A stretch of DNA of 51,713 nt from positions 1 to 51,713 of IMG/VR virus record IMGVR_UViG_3300034980_000806; one strand, 5' to 3'. The translations under genes were made by a program, and so were the position numbers. The stretch is from a virus (Duplodnaviria > Caudoviricetes). This document shows, piece after piece, positions 44,878-51,713 of this stretch. A model generated the notes under the pieces. It saw only the letters and a list, made by a program, of their open reading frames with translations. It made no database searches and was not told the DNA's origin. Each line of letters starts with the position of its first letter. Within the stretch, counting starts at the first letter, position 1.

Positions 44878-45217
44878 CGAGAAGCGCAAGGAGAAAGAGG
44901 CCAAGGCAGGCGTTGAAGAACTGCGCATGAAGACGCGCTCCGGAACCCGCCAGGCCCTTGCCGAGATCATGCAGTGGGCACAAGTCGAGGGAAACGGCGA
45001 AGCCATGACCCTGCTGATCCACCGCATCCATGAATTAGGGCCTGAAGCGGCCCGCCACTTCCTCAGCGCGCCGCGCCACGAAATAGTCATATCCGATTTT
45101 GTGGCGCGGAGGCTTGATCAGTTCCGTATCGGGCGCGAACTACGGGCGCCTGACCTGATGCTGGGCGATGACCCAGACGATGCTGAGCCCGGCCTGCTGC
45201 TGATAGCCAGTAGATAA
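44852..45217 (+). CDS. Hypothetical protein (possible DNA-binding)
   Basis: GGAGG RBS, start MALTQQQRDEKRK. Confidence 0.7.
   Translation: MALTQQQRDEKRKEKEAKAGVEELRMKTRSGTRQALAEIMQWAQVEGNGEAMTLLIHRIHELGPEAARHFLSAPRHEIVISDFVARRLDQFRIGRELRAPDLMLGDDPDDAEPGLLLIASR
45072..45108. repeat. 37-bp inverted repeat, copy 4
   Basis: CGCGCCACGAAA-N13-TTTTGTGGCGCG. Confidence 0.85.
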
Positions 45218-45280
45218 CCCGGGCTGCCCTCCAGCGCCTTCCCCTAGTCAACGATAACGCCTCCCCGGCGAGGATCGCCC

Positions 45281-45526
45281 ATGAACATCTACCGCCACAC
45301 CTTTACCGCCGTTTGCCCGAGCGATGCCGAGGTGATCGTCTATAGCCTGGAGATCCGTAGCAAGACGATGATCCGCGTTGAGCACATCAAGACCGCCACC
45401 GCCCTGATCAAACAGGGCTGGCACGAGAAAATCGCCGACCAGCTGGCCAAGCGCTTAGGCGGCGCCCAGGTGATCAAGGCGGTGCATCAGGGCGTCGGGA
45501 TCGAAACGGTGAGGCTGAGCGGATGA
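45281..45526 (+). CDS. Minimal QueF-like T-fold protein
   Basis: FTAVCP and WHEKIADQL resemble QueF FTSLCP and FHE motifs. Confidence 0.5.
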   Translation: MNIYRHTFTAVCPSDAEVIVYSLEIRSKTMIRVEHIKTATALIKQGWHEKIADQLAKRLGGAQVIKAVHQGVGIETVRLSG

Positions 45527-46248
45527 TCCATTACCACGGCACGCCTATCGGCGGCTCACGGCAAGACGCGGCCCGCCTGCTGGCCGGCCGGCACGCCTTG
45601 GTGCCTTTCCCGCGGCAAGACGACGTGGGCATAGTCGCCGAGGCCTGCCAGTCGTTTGTCTTCGACAACGGCGCGTTCACCGTGTGGAAGAAAGGTGGTC
45701 AAGTCGATGTCGATGGATACACCCGCTGGGTGGATGACTGGCATCGGCACCCCGGCTTCGACTGGGCCCTGATCCCTGACGTGATCGACGGGGACGAAGA
45801 CGCCAACGACCGGCTGCTCGAGCAATGGCCTGGCCACCTCCCCGGCGTGCCGGTCTGGCACATGCACGAGTCGATCGAGCGGCTGCAACGCTTGGCCCAG
45901 TCATGGCGCATGGTCGCCTTGGGCAGCTCAGGCCAGTGGCGTTCGCCGGGCACCGCAGCGTGGTGGAAGCGCATGGGCGCCGCAATGGACGCCATATGCG
46001 ATAACCAGGGCCGGCCAGTCTGCCGCCTGCATGGCCTGCGAATGCTTGACCCGGCCATCTTCCAGAGCCTGCCGCTGGCATCGGCTGACAGCACGAACGC
46101 CGCAATGAACGGCGGTAGCATCAGTCGGTTCGGCATGTACACCCCGCCATCGGCCGGACAACGCGCCAGCGTGATAGCCGATCGAATTGAAGCACACACC
46201 AGCTCACCCATTTGGCAGCGCGAGAGCCAGACAGAACTGGCCTTGTGA
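45523..46248 (+). CDS. TGT/DpdA-like transglycosylase-fold protein
   Basis: FDNGAF, PDVIDG, PVWH, LHGL and SADST align by eye with TGT-family DSG.F, D, PV.H, H..G, S.DS motifs. Confidence 0.6.
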   Translation: MIHYHGTPIGGSRQDAARLLAGRHALVPFPRQDDVGIVAEACQSFVFDNGAFTVWKKGGQVDVDGYTRWVDDWHRHPGFDWALIPDVIDGDEDANDRLLEQWPGHLPGVPVWHMHESIERLQRLAQSWRMVALGSSGQWRSPGTAAWWKRMGAAMDAICDNQGRPVCRLHGLRMLDPAIFQSLPLASADSTNAAMNGGSISRFGMYTPPSAGQRASVIADRIEAHTSSPIWQRESQTELAL

Positions 46249-46265
46249 CAATCAGAGGTATCCCC

Positions 46266-47063
46266 ATGCCCCCAGAAAACAAGATCGATTGCCCGGCCCT
46301 TCACAAGCGCAGCGATAGCTATCCGTTTGGCGATCGAGTGCCGCGCACGGTCCGGATGCTGAAGACCGTGACCGCCGACCCTATGCCTGGCATCGGGCTC
46401 GCCTACATCAAGGGCGATGCGCCGGTTGCTAAGGAGGGTCAAACCTACCGCGTGTGGACGAACAGCCACGGCGCCGTCACAGCGGTAATGGGGAGCGGCG
46501 TCCGCCTGGGCCTGCGACCGGCCGAGTTCGAGGTCGATAGCTGGCACCACCTTGCAGGCGAGCCAACTCCGCAGACCCACCCCGAGCCGATAGCCTGGAT
46601 GGTTGGCACTGCCATCTGGTGGCACAAGGCCGGTGCGGAACGGGATTCCGAGGAGCGGAGCGAGCCCATGGTTCCGCTTGGCCCATGCGACAGCCCGAGC
46701 GAGATAGCGCGCGTCACGGCCCAGTTCAAGGAATGGCAGGCGAGCCATCACCGCAACTACTGCAAGGCAGCCGATGAGCGCGATGAGCTGCGCGGCCAAC
46801 TCGACCAAGCTCGCCAACTTCTGCACACCGCGAGCATTCGGCTCGCAAACTGGCTGGAGCCAGGTGATGACCCGCGCAAGCAGATCATTGCGTTCCTAGA
46901 GGAAGGCGCGGAACCAAGCTCGCCCCCGGCTCCATACCCGAATCGTCTTTGCCATATCGACTACACCGCCCACCCACACCGGTGCGGCTGCCTGAAGGGT
47001 GACGAAGAGTCGCAACGCATATACGACGAGCATTGCCGTGCTGCCTTGGAGCGCCAGCCATGA
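46266..47063 (+). CDS. Hypothetical mosaic protein
   Basis: GAGG RBS, start MPPENK. Confidence 0.65.
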   Translation: MPPENKIDCPALHKRSDSYPFGDRVPRTVRMLKTVTADPMPGIGLAYIKGDAPVAKEGQTYRVWTNSHGAVTAVMGSGVRLGLRPAEFEVDSWHHLAGEPTPQTHPEPIAWMVGTAIWWHKAGAERDSEERSEPMVPLGPCDSPSEIARVTAQFKEWQASHHRNYCKAADERDELRGQLDQARQLLHTASIRLANWLEPGDDPRKQIIAFLEEGAEPSSPPAPYPNRLCHIDYTAHPHRCGCLKGDEESQRIYDEHCRAALERQP

Positions 47064-47258
47064 ATTGGGAACAGTGGTGGGCCGAACTGGTGGCTTTGGC
47101 TGCAAAGCACGGCCACACGCCAGGCATGCCAGAGCTGTGGAAGGAATACAACTGGGCGCGCGGCCAGACCCCGCAAGAAGCCTACCACGCTGAATACTCT
47201 CTCGACTTCTAACCCCCCCCTCTATTCACTGCCGCGATATGGCGGCCAAGGAACGACT

Positions 47259-47579
47259 GTGCCTGTAGAAAAAACTGCTCTCGACTCCATCGATCTGGAT
47301 GCCCTACATGTCGCCGCCAAGGCCGCTGCCGAGGATGTGATCCGCTCCCACGGCTGGAAGGGAATGGTCGAAGACGCCGACCTGCTGGGAACCGATGAGC
47401 GTTACCTGGCCCTGGCCGACCCAGCCGTGGTTGCCGGGCTCATCACGGAAATCAAGGCCCTTCGACGGGCACTGGGCGGAATGCTGTTTGCCTTCGATGA
47501 CGGTGTCGGCAAGGAATGGTCGCAGGATCTGCTCGACTTCGCCCGCCAAGTCACGCCAGCAGTCGAGTTCAAGCTATGA
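47259..47579 (+). CDS. Hypothetical protein (Ead/Ea22-related motif)
   Basis: YLALADPAVV.GLI.EI. Confidence 0.6.
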   Translation: MPVEKTALDSIDLDALHVAAKAAAEDVIRSHGWKGMVEDADLLGTDERYLALADPAVVAGLITEIKALRRALGGMLFAFDDGVGKEWSQDLLDFARQVTPAVEFKL

Positions 47580-47827
47580 CCCGCCTCGCCCTCTGCCTCC
47601 TGCTGCTGGCCACCGGCGCCAGCGCCACCGAGAACGTCATCGACGTGCAGCACGACAGCCAGCGCGGCGTCACCTGCTACCTGCTGAACGGGGTCGGAAT
47701 CAGCTGCATTCCCGACAGCCAGCTCCAGGCCGGCAACCAGCGCCAGCTCTCCCCGCACGAAACCCAACCCGAACCTACACCCGCACTGGCGCCTGGGCGC
47801 TGGATTGATGAGAGGTATCAGCTGTGA
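47576..47827 (+). CDS. Small secreted protein
   Basis: Signal peptide MTRLALCLLLLATGASA; DSQRGVTCY....GISC. Confidence 0.7.
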   Translation: MTRLALCLLLLATGASATENVIDVQHDSQRGVTCYLLNGVGISCIPDSQLQAGNQRQLSPHETQPEPTPALAPGRWIDERYQL

Positions 47828-48207
47828 AGGCACTTTCAATCAGACAGCCATGGGCCTGGCTGATCATCAGCGGTGGCAAGGACATCGAGAATCGAACCTG
47901 GCACACGAAGTTCCGAGGTCGTTTCTTGGTGCACGCCGCCAATGGCATGACCCGTCGAGAGTTTCTTTCGGCGTTTGATTTCATGGCCAGCAGGGGGATC
48001 AAGCCGCCCTTCCCGGTGCCGCCTGACAACCTGTTGCGAGGCGGAATCATTGGCTCAGTCGAGCTTATCGACAGCGTCGATCACAGCGAATCGCCCTGGT
48101 ACATGGGCGAGAAAGGGTTCGTGCTGCGCGATCCAAAGCCGCTCCCGTTTGTTCCGATGAAGGGGCGGCTAGGATTCTTTGATGTGTCCAGCGAGGTGCT
48201 GGCATGA
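47824..48207 (+). CDS. ASCH domain protein
   Basis: ALSIRQPWA.LI..GGKDIENRTW. Confidence 0.9.
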   Translation: MKALSIRQPWAWLIISGGKDIENRTWHTKFRGRFLVHAANGMTRREFLSAFDFMASRGIKPPFPVPPDNLLRGGIIGSVELIDSVDHSESPWYMGEKGFVLRDPKPLPFVPMKGRLGFFDVSSEVLA

Positions 48208-48656
48208 CCGACCTGATCGAAGTGAAGACGGCAGACCTTGCCGGCGAGGCGCTTGGCTGGGCTGTCGGAAAGGCAGAGGGGCTGAAACTGGAATTAGTCC
48301 CGCCGCAGTACGGCAATTCATGGCGGGTATTCGCCCGGTACCAGGGCCAAGCCATCGAGCACACCAAGCGGTTCAATCCGTGGGAAGACTGGGCTCTGGG
48401 CGGGAAGCTTATCGAGAAGTATCAAGTTTCGCTGTCGCCACCGAAAAGCGCCGTGCACCGCAACTTTGGCTACATGGACAAGCGCAACGGCTACTACGAG
48501 GCCGGCGTCTGGAGTAGCACGATTTTTGGCAAGGAGCGCAAGCACCGCCGCACGGCATTCCACCACCCCGATAACCCACTGACCGTGGCCATGCAGGCAA
48601 TCGCCCAGCTTGAGTTCGGCGATTCAGTCCAGGTGCCGAAGGAGCTGATGTCATGA
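48204..48656 (+). CDS. NinX/DUF2591-like protein
   Basis: L.WAV.KAEG, P..DWA.GG.LIEK, PL.VAMQAI. Confidence 0.75.
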   Translation: MTDLIEVKTADLAGEALGWAVGKAEGLKLELVPPQYGNSWRVFARYQGQAIEHTKRFNPWEDWALGGKLIEKYQVSLSPPKSAVHRNFGYMDKRNGYYEAGVWSSTIFGKERKHRRTAFHHPDNPLTVAMQAIAQLEFGDSVQVPKELMS

Positions 48657-48988
48657 CCGAACAAAGTACCAAGGAATTCTACTCTGTCGGTCAAGCCTCT
48701 CAGCATGCTGCTGAATGGTGCAAACGCAATCCCGCATGGCGCCGGATCTGCGATATCCCGGACATCTCCGTGTTCGAAAAAACCTACGATGAGATTCCAA
48801 AGCGCGAGCGTGCCTACTGGGAAAAGAACGGCGGCGAAGAATGCTGGCGTGAATTCGGCGCTGGGGGAACCAAGGTGCCTACCGGATTCATCTCTGGAAA
48901 GGGCGAGTTCTTCGACCACGTCCTCAAAGTTCCGCTCCATCACAACATGATGATGGTGTACCGCGTGGGCAAGAGGTGGAAGCCATGA
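48653..48988 (+). CDS. Hypothetical protein
   Basis: ATGA coupling. Confidence 0.7.
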   Translation: MTEQSTKEFYSVGQASQHAAEWCKRNPAWRRICDIPDISVFEKTYDEIPKRERAYWEKNGGEECWREFGAGGTKVPTGFISGKGEFFDHVLKVPLHHNMMMVYRVGKRWKP

Positions 48989-49031
48989 TCGCCCTCGCCT
49001 ACATGGCCTACCTGATCTACAGGGGGCCGCG

Positions 49032-49262
49032 ATGAGCAAGCCGCACGCACGAACCAGCACCGGCGCAAAAGTCACTATCACCATCGAGATGACGAATCTC
49101 GGCTCATGGGGCCCGGACTGCACCCTGGACCAGGTCTACCGCCAAGCACGCGAAGCGGCAATTGGGCGATTGAATAACGTCTTCAAGGCTCACGTCGCCA
49201 CAACCCGCATCCTGGGCCCGGTGATCGTCGAAGCCGTCACCACCGACCTCGAGAAGCGCTAA
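49032..49262 (+). CDS. Hypothetical protein
   Basis: Coupled via tiny ORF 48985-49035 (MIALAYMAYLIYRGPR). Confidence 0.6.
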   Translation: MSKPHARTSTGAKVTITIEMTNLGSWGPDCTLDQVYRQAREAAIGRLNNVFKAHVATTRILGPVIVEAVTTDLEKR

Positions 49263-49312
49263 CCCTCCCCCTACAACTCAAGCCCGCCGACATGCGCGGG
49301 CGAGGATTCTGC

Positions 49313-50047
49313 ATGCTCGAAAACATCGAGGTGGTGCGCATCAAGCGCTTCGCCGCAAACACGGCTGGCCGCGATTTCGCGGTCGGCGATATCCACGGGC
49401 ACTTCACCAGGCTGCAGGCTGCCCTGGACGCGGCCGGCTTCGATACGGAGGTTGACCGGCTGTTCAGCGTTGGCGATCTGGTCGACCGTGGGCCAGACAG
49501 CCTCGCCGCCCTTGAATGGCTTGAGCGTCCGTGGTTTCACGCTGTACGCGGCAACCACGAGGAAATGACCGTGTCGGCCTTCCGCGAAGCAAGCACCGAC
49601 CTGCACTTCTGCAACGGCGGCGCTTGGTTCTACGCGCTATCGCAGGATGAACGGGCCGATGTCGTTTTGGCGCTTGAAGCCCTTCCGCTGGCCATCGAGG
49701 TTGAAACCGCGCACGGGATTGTCGGAATCGTTCACGCGGACGTGCCATATGGTCGCTGGCCCGATTTCAAGCTGAGCATTGAGACTGGCTCCCCGGCAGA
49801 GGTGGACCATGTTCAGGCAGTCGCCCAGTGGTCCCGCAGCCGGATCAATGACGGCAATACCGAACCAGTAGCTGGCATCAGCGCCGTAGTGGTCGGCCAT
49901 ACCCCTCTGCGGCAGCCGGCCGTCCTGGGCAACGTCTACCACATCGACACTGCCGGCTGGATGGATGGCCACTTCACCCTGCTGGAGCTTAGCTCTCTCC
50001 AGTGCACACCACCAATCAAACCAGGCGTCAGCCACGACTGGGACTGA
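49313..50047 (+). CDS. Ser/Thr protein phosphatase (lambda NinI-like metallophosphoesterase)
   Basis: GDIHG, GDLVDRG, RGNHE, GHTP, IDT. Confidence 0.92.
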   Translation: MLENIEVVRIKRFAANTAGRDFAVGDIHGHFTRLQAALDAAGFDTEVDRLFSVGDLVDRGPDSLAALEWLERPWFHAVRGNHEEMTVSAFREASTDLHFCNGGAWFYALSQDERADVVLALEALPLAIEVETAHGIVGIVHADVPYGRWPDFKLSIETGSPAEVDHVQAVAQWSRSRINDGNTEPVAGISAVVVGHTPLRQPAVLGNVYHIDTAGWMDGHFTLLELSSLQCTPPIKPGVSHDWD

Positions 50048-50060
50048 CCGAGGAGCATCC

Positions 50061-50237
50061 ATGAACCTGATCGACTGCTACGTCACGAAGATCCTTGGCG
50101 AGCCGTACCGCATGTTCGGCCACTGGTGGGTTTCGGTGGAATACACGGCCGAAGGCTGGCCTGGAACCAAAGAACTCATGTTCCGCACCGAGGAAGCCGC
50201 CCGCGCGGCGAAGGTCGGGCACCACTTCACGGCCTGA
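50061..50237 (+). CDS. Hypothetical protein
   Basis: GAGGAG RBS, start MNLIDCYV. Confidence 0.65.
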   Translation: MNLIDCYVTKILGEPYRMFGHWWVSVEYTAEGWPGTKELMFRTEEAARAAKVGHHFTA

Positions 50238-50247
50238 GGAGGCCCAC

Positions 50248-50664
50248 ATGGCAAACGCCACTGCTGCAGTGCAGCCAGGCTTGCTGCAGAGAATCATCCG
50301 GGCCGGTGATGCGCCCGGATATCTCGGCATGTGCAGAGACGAATTCAAGAACACCGTCCGCCCATTCGTGCGCGAATTTCCGATTGGAAAGCAAGGCATT
50401 GGGTTTGATCGACTTGAGCTGGACGCCTGGGTCGACGCGTACATCGAGGCGATGGCCGTTGAAAAGGCCGCCGATCAAGACAACAATCGGCCTCGCAGCG
50501 AGCGTCTGGCCGTGACCTCCAAGGAGAATCCATGGCCAAAAAGGCAATCACAGGCCTCCAGAAAATGCCGAGCGGCATCTGGAAAATCGACAAAATCTAC
50601 AGGGGAGAGCGAATTCAAGAGAGCACTGGCACTTGTGACCGGGAAGAAGCAGAGCAATACCTGA
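50248..50664 (+). CDS. Putative excisionase (winged HTH)
   Basis: RAGDAPGYLGM...FDRLELDAW; GGAGG RBS; upstream of and overlapping int. Confidence 0.7.
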   Translation: MANATAAVQPGLLQRIIRAGDAPGYLGMCRDEFKNTVRPFVREFPIGKQGIGFDRLELDAWVDAYIEAMAVEKAADQDNNRPRSERLAVTSKENPWPKRQSQASRKCRAASGKSTKSTGESEFKRALALVTGKKQSNT

Positions 50665-51713
50665 TCCATTTACTGGAGAAGATGCGCCTGCGCAAAGTCT
50701 ATGGCGTGCGCGAGATCAAGACGTTCAGCGCCGCAGCGGCCAAATACTTGGTCGAGCACAAGGATCAGCCCTCATTCAGGATCACTGCGCTGTACCTGAA
50801 CCAGCTGGACGACTATATCGGCCACCTGCCGCTGACGCATATCGATGATGAGGCCCTGGCCCCGTTCATTCGCGACAGGAAGGCCGATGTAGTGCTACCG
50901 GATGGGAAGGTGAAAAAGGGAGTGAGCAACAGGACAGTCAACATCGCAATCGAACGAGCGATCCGTGTTCTATCGCTGGCGTGCAGGAAATGGCGGGACG
51001 AGGAGCGCCGGCCGTGGCTGGACAGCGTGCCGCTGCTAACCAAGCTGGAAGAGAAGAAGGCGAGCCGAAAGCCCTACCCCATGTCATGGGAGGAGCAATC
51101 GGTTCTCTTCGGTGAATTGCCAGACCATTTGCAGCGGATGGCCCTGTTCAAGGTGAACACGGGCTGCCGCGAGCAGGAGGTCTGCAAACTGAGGTGGGAT
51201 TGGGAGATCTCTGTGCCAGAGCTTGGCACCAGCGTGTTTCTCATACCGGCCGAGTTCGGCGGCAGGCATGAGAACTCTGGGGTCAAGAACCGGGACGAGC
51301 GTCTGGTGGTGCTGAACGATGTGGCCAGATCGATCATAGAGAAGCAGCGCGGGCTTTCACGGGAATGGGTGTTCCCCTACAACGGCACCGCGATGCACCG
51401 GATGAACGATTCGGCCTGGAAGAAAGCGCGGGTGCGCGCGGCAAAGCTCTGGCAGGAGCAGCATCTACGGCCGGCACACCCTGGGTTCGCTTCTATCAGG
51501 ATTCACGACCTTAAGCATACCTTCGGCAGGCGCCTGAAGGCAGCCGGTGTTTCAGAAGAAGATCGCAAGTCGCTTCTGGGTCACAAGAACGGCAGCGTGA
51601 CCAGTCACTACTCCGGCGCGGAGATCGGTCAACTGATCGAGGCAGCAAACAAGGTATCGGCCACAGATTCACGCGGACCTGTGCTGACAATACTGAAGAG
51701 GAGAATTGGGTGA
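50532..51713 (+). CDS. int: Tyrosine integrase
   Basis: TGCR, HDLKHT, LLGH, HY catalytic motifs. Confidence 0.93.
   Translation: MAKKAITGLQKMPSGIWKIDKIYRGERIQESTGTCDREEAEQYLIHLLEKMRLRKVYGVREIKTFSAAAAKYLVEHKDQPSFRITALYLNQLDDYIGHLPLTHIDDEALAPFIRDRKADVVLPDGKVKKGVSNRTVNIAIERAIRVLSLACRKWRDEERRPWLDSVPLLTKLEEKKASRKPYPMSWEEQSVLFGELPDHLQRMALFKVNTGCREQEVCKLRWDWEISVPELGTSVFLIPAEFGGRHENSGVKNRDERLVVLNDVARSIIEKQRGLSREWVFPYNGTAMHRMNDSAWKKARVRAAKLWQEQHLRPAHPGFASIRIHDLKHTFGRRLKAAGVSEEDRKSLLGHKNGSVTSHYSGAEIGQLIEAANKVSATDSRGPVLTILKRRIG

Larger units (their letters stand above)
1..51713. mobile_element. Lambda-like temperate prophage (siphovirus-type), probably Pseudomonas
   Basis: Ordered modules: int/xis, recombination, cI/cro switch, replication, nin, Q, terminase, portal, capsid, tail tube, tape measure, tail tip, lysis; no sheath gene seen. 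Confidence 0.97.

Noticed and set aside
18583-45108. Inverted repeats as parS, sigma54 promoters or terminators
   Set aside because: No match to TGTTCCACGTGGAACA or GG-N10-GC spacing; no U-tract after the stems; two copies are intragenic
45699-46826. 375-aa minus-strand ORF
   Set aside because: Antisense to two well-supported plus-strand genes
51600-51713. attL/attR core
   Set aside because: Window ends at gene stops on both sides; no terminal direct repeat visible

Overview
Nearly complete lambda-like (siphovirus-type) temperate prophage, most likely from a Pseudomonas host (GC-rich, Pseudomonas-phage-type genes). The window runs from the o-spanin stop (pos 1) to the integrase stop (pos 51713); att sites lie outside it. 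The minus strand (33.3 kb to 1) carries cro, cII-like, KilA-N, HNH, replication, nin region, Q-like, a late leader with a degenerate tRNA-Gly, holin, two peptidases, terminase, head, tail, tailspike, an O-acetyltransferase moron, endolysin and spanins. The plus strand carries cI, an AT-rich two-gene cassette (OLD-type ABC-ATPase/TOPRIM nuclease plus C5 DNA methyltransferase), and the early-left operon (HNH, Sak4-like, SSB, DUF1566-like, mini-QueF-like plus TGT/DpdA-like pair, ASCH, NinX, phosphatase, xis, int). Most notable: the OLD+MTase candidate defence system behind cI; the QueF-like/TGT-like candidate base-modification pair; four dispersed copies of a 36-37 bp inverted repeat; and several structured non-coding leaders. 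All family assignments come from motif recognition by eye, not from database searches.
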